Source: Mobula hypostoma
Taxonomy: Eukaryota
Reading direction: 5' to 3'
Assembly (NCBI RefSeq): GCF_963921235.1
Contig: NC_086107.1
Coordinates: 104,410,001-104,474,000 of the forward strand
Length of the DNA: 64,000 nucleotides
Part shown: piece after piece, positions 1-11,095 of the stretch
How positions within the stretch are numbered: the stretch's first letter is position 1
How the letters are laid out: each line of letters begins with the position of its first letter
The notes under the pieces: model-generated
Told to the model about the DNA's origin: nothing
Database searches by the model: none
What the model saw: the letters and a program-made list of their open reading frames with translations, nothing else
Program-made: the position numbers and the translations under genes

Positions 1-19
1 AGTTTTCAACCCCTTACCT

Positions 20-680
20 AGCTGACTGAAATCTCACTTAACTTGCCCCACGCCCTGGATTCCTAGCTGAATGAAATCTCACTTAACTTGTCCCACACCC
101 TGAATTCCTCACTGATTGAAATCCCACTTGCCCCACACCCTGAATTCCTCACTGATCGAAATCCCACTTGTCCCACACCGAGTTCCTCACTCATTGAAAT
201 CCCACTTGTCCCACACCCTGAATTCCTCACTGATCGAAATCCCACTTGTCCCACACCGAGTTCCTCACTCATTGAAATCCCACTTGTCCCACACCCTGAA
301 TTCCTCACTGATCGAAATCCCACTTGTCCCACACCCTGAGTTCCTCACTGATTGAAATCCCACTTGTCCCACACCCTGAGTTCCTCACTGATTGAAATCC
401 CACTTGTCCCACACCGAGTTCCTCACTGATTGAAATCCCACTTGTCCCACACCCTGAGTTCCTCACTGATTAAAATCCCACTTGTCCCACACCCTGAGTT
501 CCTCACTGATTGAAATTCCACTTGTCCCACACCCTGAATTCCTCACTGATTGAAATCCCACTTGTCCCACACCCTGAGTTCCTCACTGATTGAAATCCCA
601 CTTGTCCCACACCGAGTTCCTCACTGATTGAAATCCCACTTGTCCCACACCCTGAATTCCTCACTGATCGGAACCCCACT
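20..680. repeat. 40-bp (38-bp variant) minisatellite in PPP1R15 intron 2
   Basis: Tandem CACTTGTCCCACACCCTGAGTTCCTCACTGATTGAAATCC units (period 40 at 361/401); some units lack CT. Confidence 0.95.
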
Positions 681-1189
681 TAACTTTTGATAACCACCTT
701 GAGGAACTCAGTTGGTTGAGGCCGACCGAGGATGTCGCATCCTATCACAGGCCAAGGCAGTACAATAGAGCAAGCTGTTGCCCATGCAGCAGGCTCCCAA
801 CACCCCACCCCTCCCATGTAGCTGATGAAGCGAAAGCAACAACAGTTTGGCACCAGCAGTGTTGTCAGTGATAACCCCCTGCATTGTATGATAACACTTA
901 CTTTAACACATCATGCTTAAACTTACTAATCACGTATATATAACAAAGGTCACAGCCCAGGCCCCTGTGCCAGACCACTATTCAGAAGCCTCCAATGAGG
1001 TATCACATCCTGGAAGTAGAGCTGTCATTCTACTTCCCACTATTATGAATCCAATGAGATATTGAACCCGGATTCCAGGTGACATATGTCCTCAAAGGGG
1101 TGGGAAGGGGATGCGGGAGAAATTCTCCTACAGTGGCACGGTGGGTGGGAGAGCACTCCCAACCAGATGTAGAACTGTGCTGGGGACAG

Positions 1190-1655
1190 GAATACAACAC
1201 CTAAAGGCATTTTCGTGGAATGAAGGGACTCCTGCAGGTTCCAGCAAAACACGAGGACTTCTCCTTCCAGGACAGGGTTTAATAGACTATGGCTTCATTC
1301 CCTGGAGCGCAGGAGAATGAGGGGAGATTTGATAGAGGTAGACAAAAGGTATGAGGGGTATAGATGAGGGAAGTGCAAGCAGGCCGTTTCCACTGAGGTT
1401 GGGTGAGACTAGAACTTGAAGCCATGCTCCAGCCAGGTGCAATGTTTAAGCAGCAGCTGATGGGGAACTTTTGCACTAGATTGTGGTCCAAGTGGCCAGC
1501 AGGAGTGCTGGATGCAGGTTTGATTTCAAAATTTAAGTACATGAATGGGAGAGCTTTGGAAGGCTATGGTCCAGAAGCAGGTCAATAGGACTAGGTGGAA
1601 TAATAGTTTGGCATGGACTAGATGGGCCAAAGGGCCTGTTTCTGTGCTGTTGACT
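1190..1655 (+). mobile_element. Old degenerate CR1 LINE 3' fragment
   Basis: Decayed CR1 C-terminal pattern (SLE.RRMRGDLIEV) and 3' UTR tail gggccaaagggcctgtttctgtgctgt. Confidence 0.7.
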
Positions 1656-1705
1656 ATCTGCTGGGCAAAACATGGCAATCTGAATTCCAGTATGTTGGTT
1701 CCTAC

Positions 1706-2699
1706 CTTTTTGCCAGTTTTCCTCTGGCTCTCACTGGTTTCTTGCTTCAGAGTTAGTGCAGGCTGTTCCCCATTGGGGACGTCAGTGTTGAAATACACAC
1801 CAGAGGTCTCTGGCAGCTTAGTGTTAGAGGCTCCTTCCTTCACTTCCTGGTTACTGGATGCCCGGGTGGTAGTGCAAGCCGAGAAGTTCAAAGGGTTAAA
1901 AGGGTCAGTGTTTTGAAAGAACGAGTCCCACAGCTCGTCATTTGCAGATTCTTCAGAATCAAGCTGATCCACAGAAACATCTTCCTCTGCATCGTCCTTG
2001 CAAGTCGGGTCTTGGTGCCCAGTGGATGCTGAAAAATTCAAGGGATTGTAGGGGTCATTTTGAAAAAAGGAGCCCCACAGATCAGTGTCACTTTCATCAT
2101 ATGAGTCGTCATCTTCATCATAAGAGTCGTCATCATCATCATCTGTGGACCAATCACTGGACTGGGCATCATCCATGTTCTCCTCTGAGTCATCGTCCCA
2201 GTCCAGTGACTGTTCATCGTCCCAGTCCAGTGACCGGGTGTTCTCTTCTGTGTCTGGCCAGATCATGGCTAGAATGAGTGGATTTGTACAGCTGAAGTCC
2301 ATTTCACTTGGTCTTTCAAGCCGAGTTTTCATGTGGCAGGGGCTTGCAGTTGGTGATTTCCCTTCAGCCATTGACCCGCTGCCTCCAGAGGGATTGTACT
2401 GGGGAGGTAAACCAGCGCTGGATTGGAGCAGGTGCCGACACTGAAGTCGAACCTCTGTATTCTCCTCGCCCAACATGTCGTTGCCCAGCTGACGACGCAG
2501 TTGCTGGTAAGCGCCTCTCTTCCCCATCAGTTCTGTTAGCCCAAAGCATGTAGGAGAGAACTCAATGAGCAAGAACAGACAGACCTTCAACAGTTTCCAA
2601 CACATCCCAGAGATCCATGGCAGAAGTGGGTTCTTCTCCTGGAAGGGTCCATCGTGGGAAACCATTTTACACACCTCCATGCCAAGGTGCCCAAGATAA
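1706..2699 (-). CDS. PPP1R15A: PPP1R15-family (GADD34/CReP) PP1 regulatory subunit, large coding exon 2
   Basis: Acidic ORF with two LW.SFFQN.DP[YF]NPLNFSA motifs typical of PPP1R15 and a hydrophobic N-terminal segment (LLPWISGMCWKLLKVCLFLL). Acceptor ttttcttccctttgtgttctcAG|2699; phase-0 donor KK AAG|GTAGGA at 1706/1705, just before the expected V-x-F motif. The family call is strong; A versus B rests on the exon layout and stress-type promoter. Confidence 0.85.
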
Positions 2700-2750
2700 C
2701 TGAGAACACAAAGGGAAGAAAATTTTAGTGTACGACAGTGAGAGGCAGTC

Positions 2751-3030
2751 CACACTGGCACGGCTCTACCCATGCCACCACACTGGCACGGCTCTACCCA
2801 TGCCAGCACACTGGCACGGCTCTACCCATGCCACCACACTGGCACGGCTCTACCCATGCCACCACACTGGCACGGCTCTACCCATGCCACCACACTGGCA
2901 CGGCTCTACCCATGCCACCACACTGGCACGGCTCTACCCATGCCACCACACTGGCACGGCTCTACCCATGTCACCACACTGGCACGGCTCTACTCATGCC
3001 ACCACACTGGCACGGCTCTACCCATGCCAC
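2751..3030. repeat. 28-bp minisatellite x10 in PPP1R15 intron 1
   Basis: CACACTGGCACGGCTCTACCCATGCCAC repeated 10 times nearly perfectly. Confidence 0.97.
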
Positions 3031-3109
3031 CAATCCCACCCCGGACAGGTCCCCGTGGCCCAAGCCCACTCAGTCTCCCCCACCCACACCGTGAAGGCCT
3101 CCCGCGTAC

Positions 3110-3186
3110 CTGCTGCTATGGTCAGCCTCCGTCCAGTGGCCTACGCCCATTGCGAGTGTCTCTGATCTCACAGTGCTTCCGCCCAT
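3110..3186 (-). CDS. PPP1R15A: PPP1R15 putative coding part of exon 1 (MGGSTVRSETLAMGVGHWTEADHSS..)
   Basis: ATG at 3186 in strong context (acgATGg). The 77 nt to donor CAG|GTACGC (3110/3109) splice in frame to exon 2 (AG+T=Ser, then YLGHLGMEV). Alternative in-frame ATGs at 3150 and 2680. Confidence 0.6.
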
Positions 3187-3232
3187 CGTCTCTCGCTCTC
3201 TCGGTGCCGGGACCTGTCCGTCGGGGTTTCAT
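3122..3232 (-). other. uORF2 (36 aa MKPRRTGPG...PLDGG*), overlapping the exon-1 main ATG out of frame
   Basis: Manual translation: ATG 3232 to TGA ending at 3122. Confidence 0.7.
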
Positions 3233-3235
3233 ACT

Positions 3236-3262
3236 CTATCTTCTCTGTTCTGTGTCAGCCAT
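3236..3262 (-). other. uORF1 (MADTEQRR*)
   Basis: ATG 3262 to TAG ending at 3236, about 5 nt from the inferred TSS (3267). Confidence 0.6.
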
Positions 3263-3460
3263 TTGATGACGAGAGCGGCCGCGGCGTCCGCTTATATAGC
3301 AGCGCACTGACGTAATCCGCGGAGGAGTTAGCCAATTAGCGGCGGCGCCAGTTTCCTTACGTCACCCGCGCACGTCGTCAATCGGAACCAGCCCGGTCTG
3401 GAAATGCCGGGGCGCCGCTGGCGAGTGGCCGCTTTGCGCTGGCGGGAGGGCAGGTAATGC
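3262..3460 (-). promoter_or_regulatory. PPP1R15 CpG-rich promoter: TATA, CCAAT, paired CRE/ATF sites
   Basis: TATATAAG (minus) at 3298-3291; Inr-like TCATC about 31 nt downstream; TGACGTAA 3308-3315; CCAAT 3332-3336; TTACGTCA 3357-3364; CGTCA 3376-3380; dense CpG. Confidence 0.85.
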
Positions 3461-3502
3461 TGAGGAAGCAGGGGGCCTGCAAATGCTTACACAGAGTAAG
3501 AG

Positions 3503-4222
3503 AATAGAACATAGAATAGTACAGTACAGGCCCTTCGGCCCACAATATTGTGCCGACCCTCAAACCCTGCCTCCCATATAAGCCCCCACCTTAGATTCCT
3601 CCATATACCTGTCTAGTAGTCTCTTAAACTTCACTAGTGTATCTGCCTCCACCACTGACTCAGGCAGTGCATTCCACGCACCAACCACTCTCTGAGTAAA
3701 AAACCTTCCTCTAATATCCCCCTTGAACTTCCCACCCCTTAGCTTAAAGCCATGTCCTCTTGTATTGAGCAGTGGTGCCCTGGGGAAGAGGCACTGGCTA
3801 TCCACTCTATCTATTCCTCTTATTATCTTGTACACCCCTATCATGTCTCCTGTCATCCTCCTTCTCTCCAAAGAGTAAAGCCCTAGCTCCCTTAATCTCT
3901 GATCATAATGCATACTTTCTAAACCAGGCAGCATGCTGGTAAATCTCCTCTGTACCCTTTCCAATGCTTCCACATCCTTCCTATAGTGAGGTGACCAGAA
4001 CTGGACACAGTACTCCAAGTGTGGCCTAACCAGAGTTTTATAGAGCTGCATCATTACATCGTGACTCTTAAACTCTATCCCTTGACTTATAAAAGCTAAC
4101 ATCCCATAAGCTTTCTTAACTACCCTATCCACCTGTGAGGCAACTTTCAGGGATCTGTGGACATGTACCCCGAGATCCCTCTGCTCCTCCACACTACCAA
4201 ATATCCTGCCATTTACTTTGTA
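3503..4222 (-). mobile_element. Young 5'-truncated CR1 LINE
   Basis: ORF 3560-4231 with LVRPHLEYCVQFWSP and FFTQRVVGAWNALP; near-identical to the copy at 10560-11095; tctatgttcta-type tail. Confidence 0.95.
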
Positions 4223-5186
4223 AATGGGCAAAGGGGTAGATTCAGGAAAGTATCTGGCCCTGCGCCTTGGTGGAAGGAATAAAGGCGTAGACTATTTTTC
4301 TAAATGGGGCAATTTCAGAAATTAGATCGTCATGTGCAAAAGGACTGTGCGGGATTCCCTAAAGGTTAACTTGCAGGCTGAGCAGGTGGTAAGGCAGGTG
4401 AATGCAATGTTGGCATTCATTTCAAGAGGACTAGAATATGAATGCAAGGATGTGAACCCGAGGCTTTACTGGTCAGACCACACTTGACGTAATGTGTATA
4501 TATATATTCTCTCTCTCCTTTTTCTCCCTCTGTCTCTCTCACTATACCCCTTGCCCATCCTCTGGGTTTCCCCCCTCTCCCCCTTTCTTTCTCCCTAGGC
4601 CTCCCTCCCATCCCCTGATCCTCTCATATCCCTTTTGCCAATCACCTGTCCAGCTCTTGGCTCCATCCCTCCCCCTCCTGTCTTCTCCTATCATTTTGGA
4701 TCTCCCCCTCCCCCTCCCACTTTCAAATCTCTTACTAACTCTTCCTTCAGTTAGTCCTGACAGAGGGTCTCGGCCCGAAACGCCGATTGTACCCCTTCCT
4801 AGAGATGCTGCCTGGCCTGCTGCGTTCACCAGCAACTTTTATGTGTGTTGCTTGAAGTTCCAGCATCTGTAGATTTCCTCGTGTTGACTTAATGTGAACG
4901 GTTTGGGCTCCAAGTCTAAGGATGTGCTGTCTTTGGAAAGGGAGATTTACGAAAATGATCCCAGGGATGAAAGGGTGAACAAGTGTTTAATGGTTCTAGC
5001 CCTGTGCTCACTGGAGTTTAGAAGAATGATGGGGGATATCACCGAACCCTAATGGATCTTGAAAGGACGAGATAGAGCCGATGTCGAGAGGATGTTTCCA
5101 AAAGTGGGACAATCTAGATAGGACCAGGGAGTACGGTCTCCAAATAGAAGGATGCCCCTTTACTAAGTCATTGGGTATATTTAAAT
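4223..5186 (+). mobile_element. Old CR1 fragment interrupted by a Penelope 3' tail (~4497-4885)
   Basis: Decayed CR1 ORF2 on both sides; the insert matches the reverse complement of 9202-9560. Confidence 0.8.
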
Positions 5187-5773
5187 AGTCATAGTCATCG
5201 TCATTCTTTATTGATCCTGGGGAAAATTGGTTTTCGCTACAGTTGCACCATAAATAATTAAATAGTAATATATAAATTATGCCAGGAAATAAGTCCAGGA
5301 CCAGCCTATTGGCTCAGGGTGTCTGACCCTCCAAGGGAGGAGTTGTAAAGTTTGATGGCCACAGGCAGGAATGACTTCCTATGACGCTCTGTGTTGCATC
5401 TCGGTGGAATGAGTCTCTGGCTGAATGTACTCCTGTGCCCAGCCAGTACATTATGTAGTGGATGGGAGACATTGTCCAAGATGGCATGCAACTTAGACAG
5501 CATCCTCTTTTCAGACACCACCGTGAGAGAGTCCAGTTCCATCCCCACAACATCACTGGCCTTACGAATGAGTTTGTTGATTCTGTTGGTGTCTGCTACC
5601 CTCAGCCTGCTGCCCCAGCACACAACAGCAAACATGATCGCACTGGCCACCACAGACTCGTAGAACATCCTCAGCATCATCCGGCAGATGTTAAAGAACC
5701 TCAGTCTCCTCAGGCAATAGAGACGGCTCTGACCCTTCTTGTAGACAGCCTCAGTGTTCTTTGACCAGTCCAG
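5187..5773 (-). mobile_element. Rex1/Babar-like LINE 3' fragment
   Basis: ORF FYESVVASAIMFAVVCWGS...TERHRKSFLPVAIKLYN; (GACTAT)n tail; same family at 59205-59505. Confidence 0.85.
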
Positions 5774-7859
5774 CAGAGGTTGGTAGCTTTTTGGTTAATA
5801 AGGGTATAAAATCAGCCATGATCGAATGGCAGAGCAGACTCGATGAGTCTGATGGCCTAATTCTGCTCCTATGATCTATGGCTGCAAACCCACCAGCTGT
5901 TCTTCTGATAATCGGCAAGCCTGCGCCGCGCCCTGCCCTGCCCGTCAGTCCAGGTCCCCTGATCCCCTGAGTGTAGATGTGCTCCTGTCTCGCGTTTCTG
6001 GACATCCCTCCCCCGCCCCAGCTCACTTTCTGCACTGGCAAGTGAAAAAGGCGCTGAACCATCTTGAATTCTGAGCCAACGCCTGCAGCCTTATCAGAGA
6101 TCACACAGCTTCCTGTCAGATGCCTGACTCCACCCCAGTGGAAAGTTACAGTTTGTACTTTCAGATTCAGTTGTACATACGCAAAAAGGAAAAAATAATT
6201 AGTGAAGTTAAGGGTGTATTCCTGACCATCGAAAGTTCAAGAGCTGTTTCTGATAAATAAATCTGAAAGCTGGTGCATTCTCAAAGTCTGAAATACTACA
6301 TTCCAGAGAACTAAAGGAGCTAAACATGACGTTCTGAATATATTGTTTGGCATGTTCCAATCTGGAGCTTGACAAATGAAACTTTGTAAAGGGGTGAGAG
6401 GAGTCAGAATTACTGACTGGCTCAAAAAGAACATAGAAATCTATGGCACAATGTAGGCCCTTCGGCCCACAATGTTGTGCCGACCATGATAACCTACTCT
6501 ACAAACTGTCTAGAATTGCCCTATCTCATAGCCCTCTATTTTCCTAAGTTCCGTGTACCTAAGAGTCTCTCAAAAGACCCTACTGTATCCACCTCCACCA
6601 CTGATGCCAGCAGTAAATTCCACGCACCCGCCACTCTCTGTGTGAGAAACCTACTTCCAAGCACCTTAAAACTATGCCCCCTCATGTCAGCCATTTCAAC
6701 CCTGGGGGAAAAAGCCTCTGGCTATCCACACGATCAAATATTAGGTAAAATGTTAACATTCTTGCTGTTGTTACAAAGGAAGTGATAACACACTTCGAAA
6801 CAGGATTAGAAAGTGTTAATATGGATTTTTGAATGTGCAGATATATTTGATAAAACTAACAGAGCTTTAGATAGATAGACACTTTATCAAAATTACAGTG
6901 TCACCGTAGCATATATACAAATATTAGAAGAGAAGTAAGAAAGAATTTTTAAAAAGTTACCTCAAACAGTCTAACAGGAGGGAGTCATCACTTTCCTGGC
7001 TATAGGTTGATTCATTATAGAGCCTTATGGTCGAGGGTAAGAATGACCTCATGTAGACTCTTTGGAGCAGCACTGTTGTCTTAGTCTATGACTAAACGTG
7101 CTCCTCTGCTCAGCCAAGGTGGCACACAGAGAGTGAGAAACTTTGTGCCAGGATTTTCCGTAGGGTCCTTTGTTCTACCAGAGTGTCCAGTTTGATTCCT
7201 ATAACAGAGCCAGCCTTTCTAATCAGTTTATTGAGCCTGTTGTCATCACCCGTGTTAGTGCCATTGCCCCAGCACACCACCGCAAAGGAGATTGTACCGG
7301 TGACAACAGACTGGCAGAACATGTGAAAGAGAGGCCTGCTTACTCCTAAAGATTTCAGCGTCCTCAGGAAGTAGAGGCAACTCTAGCCCATCTTGTACAC
7401 AGCCTCTTTGTTGGTGCTCCACTCAAGTCTGTCATCCAGGTGAACCCCCAGGTACTTGTAGGTCCTCACCACATCCACGTCCTCACCATCAATAGTAACA
7501 GGGAGTATTCCTGAAGTCCATCACCATCTCCCTTGTCTTACTGACAATGAGTTACAGATGATTCTGTCATAAGGGGGTGTTGGGAGTGGACGCAAATGCA
7601 AGACACAGACACAGAAGTACTAGGAACAGGACTAGGGTTATCGAGATAGCAAGGTGAGTCAGGAAGAAAGGACGCTGGACAGGGACACAGGCCCTGGACG
7701 AGACAAGGACACCAGGCCTGGGCTAGGACTAAGACTAGGAAAGCAGGACCAGGAAATTGGAACTAGGAGCCTGGGCTAGGACTCCGAGCCAGAGACTGGA
7801 CAGGGACCCAGAACCTGGGTCTCGACTCGGGCCTGGATCCCAGATCTAGGCGAGGACAT

Positions 7860-10800
7860 ATAGGGAAGCAAGAAAGGAGCTTAAGAAGGGGCTGAGAAGA
7901 GCAAGAAGGGGGCATGAGAAGGCCTTGGTGAGTAGGGTAAAGGAAAACCCCAAGGCATTCTTCAATTATGTGAAGAAAAAAAAGATGACAGGAGTGAAGG
8001 TAGGACCAATTAGAGATAAAGGTGGGAAGATGTGCCTGGAGGCTGTGGAAGTGAGCGAGGTCCTCAATGAATACTTCTCTTCGGTATTCACCAATGAGAG
8101 GGAACTTGATGATGGTGAGGACAATATGAGTGAGGTTGATGTTCTGGAGCATGTTGATATTAAGGGAGAGGAGGTGTTGGAGTTGTTAAAATACATTAGG
8201 ATGGTTAAGTCCCTGGGGCCTGAACGGAATATTCCCCAGGCTGCTCCACAAGGCGAGGGAGGAGATTGCTGAGCCTCTGGCTAGGATCTTTATGTCCTCG
8301 TTGTCCACGGGAATGGTACCGGAGGATTGGAGGGAGGCGAATGTTGTCCCTTTGTTCAAAAAAGTTAGTAGGGATAGTCCGGGTAATTAAAGACCAGTGA
8401 GCCTTGCGTCTGTGGTGGGAAGGCTGTTGGAAAAGATTCTTAGAGATAGGATCTATGGGCATTTAGAGAATCATGGTCTGATCAGGGACAGTCAGCATGG
8501 CTTTGTCAAGGGCAGATCATGTCTAACAAGCCTAATAGAGTTCTTTGGGGAGGTGACCAGGCATATAGATGAGTGTAGTGCAGTGGATGTGATCTATATA
8601 GATTTTAGTAAGGCATTTGACAAGGTTCCACATGGTAGGCTTATTCAGAAAGTCAGAAGGCATGGGGTCCAGGGAAGTTTGGTCAGGTGGATTCAGAATT
8701 GGCTTGCCTGCAGAAGGCAGAGGGTGGTGGTGGAGGGAGTACATTCAGATTGGAGGATTGTAACTAGTGGTGTCCCACAAGGATCTGTTCTGGGACCTCT
8801 ACTTTTCGTGATTTTTATTAATGACCTGGATGTGGGGGTAGAAGGCTGGGTTGGCAAGTTTGCAGAGGACACAAAGGTTGGTGGTGTTGTAGATAGTGTA
8901 GAGGATTGTCGAGACATTGATAGGATGCAGAAGTGGGCTGAGAAGTGGCAGATGGAGTTCAACCCGGAGAAGTGTGAGGTGGTACACTTTGGAAGGACAA
9001 ACTCCAAGGCAGAGTACAAAGTAAATGGCAGGATACTTGGTAGTGTGGAGGAGCAGAGGGATCTGGGGGTACATGTCCACAGATCCCTGAAAGTTGCCTC
9101 ACAGGTGGATAGGGTAGTTAAGAAAGCTTATGGGGTGTTAGCTTTCATAAGTCAAGGGATAGAGTTTAAGAGTTGCAATGTAATGATGCAGCTCTATAAA
9201 AGCAACACACACCAAAGTTGCTGGTGAACGCAGCAGGCCAGGCAGCATCTCTAGGAAGAGGTACAGTCGATGTTTCAGGCCAAGACTGTTCGTCAGGACT
9301 AACTGAAGGAAGAGTTAGTAAGAGATTTGAAAGTGTGAGGGGGAGGGGGAGATCTAAAATGATAGGAGAAGACAGGAGGGGGAGGGATGGAGCCAAGAGC
9401 TGGACAGGCAATTGGCAAAGGGGATATGAGAGGGTCATGGGACAGGAGGTCCGGGGAGAAAGACAAGGGGGGGGGGGAACCCAGAGGATGGGCAAGGGGT
9501 ATAGTCAGAGGGACAGAGGGAGAAAAAGGAGAGTGAGAGAAAGAATGTGTGTATAAAAATAAATAACGGATGGGGTACGAGGGGGAGGTGGGGCATTAGC
9601 GGAAGTTAGAGAAGTCAATGTTCATGCCATCAGGTTGGAGGCTACCCAGACGGAATATAAGGTGTTGTTCCTCCAACCTGAGTGTGGCTTCATCTTTACA
9701 GTAGAGGAGGCCGTGGATAGACATGTCAGAATGGGAATGGGATGTGGAATTAAAATGTGTGGCCACTGGGAGATCCTGCTTTCTCTGGCGGACAGAGCGT
9801 AGGTGTTCAGCAAAGCGGTCTCCCAGTCTGGGTTGGGTCTCGCCAATATATAGAAGGCCACATCGGGAGCACTGGACGCAGTATATCACCCCAGTCAACT
9901 CACAGGTGAAGTGTCGCCTCACCTGTTTGGGGCCCTGAATGGTGGTAAGGGAGGAAGTGTAAGGGCATGTGTAGCACTTGTTCCGCTTACAAGGATAAGT
10001 GCCAGGAGGGAGATCAGTGGGGAGGGATGGGGGGGAACGAATGGGCAAGGGAGTCGCATAGGGAGCAATCCCTGCGGAAAGCTGGGGGGGGGAAGGGAAA
10101 GATGTGCTTAGTGGTGGGATCCCATTGGAGGTGGTGGAAGTTACGGAGAATAATATGTTGGACCCGGAGGCTGGTGGGGTGGTAGGTGAGGACCAAGGGA
10201 ACCCTATTCCTCGTGGGGTGGCGGGAGGATGGAGTGAGAGCAGATGTATGTGAAATGGGGGAGATGCGTTTGAGAGCAAAGCTGATAGTGGAGAAAGGGA
10301 AGCCCCTTTCTTTAAAAAAGGAGGACATCTCCCTTGTCCTGGAATGAAAAGCCTCATCCTGAGAGCAGATGCGGTGGAGACGGAGGAATTGTGAGAAGGG
10401 GATGGCATTTTTGCAAGAGACAGGGGGAGAAGAGGAATAGTCCAGATAGCTGTGAGAGTCAGTAGGCTTATAGTAGACATTAGTAGATAAGCTGTCTCCA
10501 GAGACAGAGACAGAAAGATCTAGAAAGGGGAGGGAGGTGTCGGAAAAAGCTCTATAAAACTCTGGTTAGGCCACACTTGAAGTACTGTGTCCAGTTCTAG
10601 TCACCTCACTTTAGGAAGGATGTGGAAGTATTGGAAAGGGTACAGAGGAGATTTACCAGGATGCTGCCTGGTTTAGAGAGTATACATTATGATCAGAGAT
10701 TAAGAGAGCTAGGGCTTTACTCTTTGGAGAGAAGGAGGATGAGAGGAGACATGATAGAGGTGTACAAGATATTAAGAGGAATAGATAGAGTGGATAGCCA

Positions 10801-11095
10801 GCGCCTCTTCCCCAGGGCACCACTGCTCAATACAAGAGGACATGGCTTTAAGGTAAGGGGTGGGAAGTTCAAGGGGGATATTAGAGGAAGGTTTTTCACT
10901 CAGAGAGTGGTTGGTGCGTGGAATGCACTGCCTGAGTCAGTGGTGGAGGCAGATACACTAGTGAAATTTAAGAGACTTCTAGACAGGTATATGGAGGAAC
11001 TTAAGGTGGGGGGTGATATAGGAGGCAGTGTTTGAGGGTCGGCACAACATTGTGGGCTGAAGGGCCTGTACTGTGCTGTACTATTCTATGTTCTA
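7860..11095 (+). mobile_element. CR1 LINE ORF2 (RT) fragment, young, split by Penelope
   Basis: RT motifs QHGFVKGRSC, DFSKAFDKVPH, GVPQGSVLGP, FAEDTK; C-terminus in 10622-11035. Confidence 0.95.
9202..10547 (-). mobile_element. Penelope-like element, 5'-truncated, with GIY-YIG endonuclease and 3' tail (pLTR)
   Basis: VIYCVQCSRCGLLYIGET..RLGDRFAEH..PVATHFN..EQHLIFRLGSLQPDGMN; 12-bp TSD AGCTCTATAAAA at 9190-9201 and 10548-10559. Confidence 0.93.

Noticed and set aside
20..680. CRISPR-like array
   Set aside because: Head-to-tail repeats with no unique spacers, no cas genes, eukaryotic context. The same applies to the other arrays.
818..842. Hammerhead-like CTGATGA..GAAA
   Set aside because: No stem II or NUH/stem III; it lies inside a SINE remnant.
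1..1700. PPP1R15 final exon (V-x-F, W...ARDR.RF)
   Set aside because: No such peptide seen on the minus strand here; presumably outside the window.
1526..2809. 427-aa ORF taken as a single-exon gene
   Set aside because: Its start lies in the intronic 28-bp repeat and its tail runs past the AAG|GTAGGA donor; only 1706-2699 looks exonic.
2728..3266. Plus-strand His/Pro-rich ORFs
   Set aside because: Translations of the 28-bp minisatellite in three frames.
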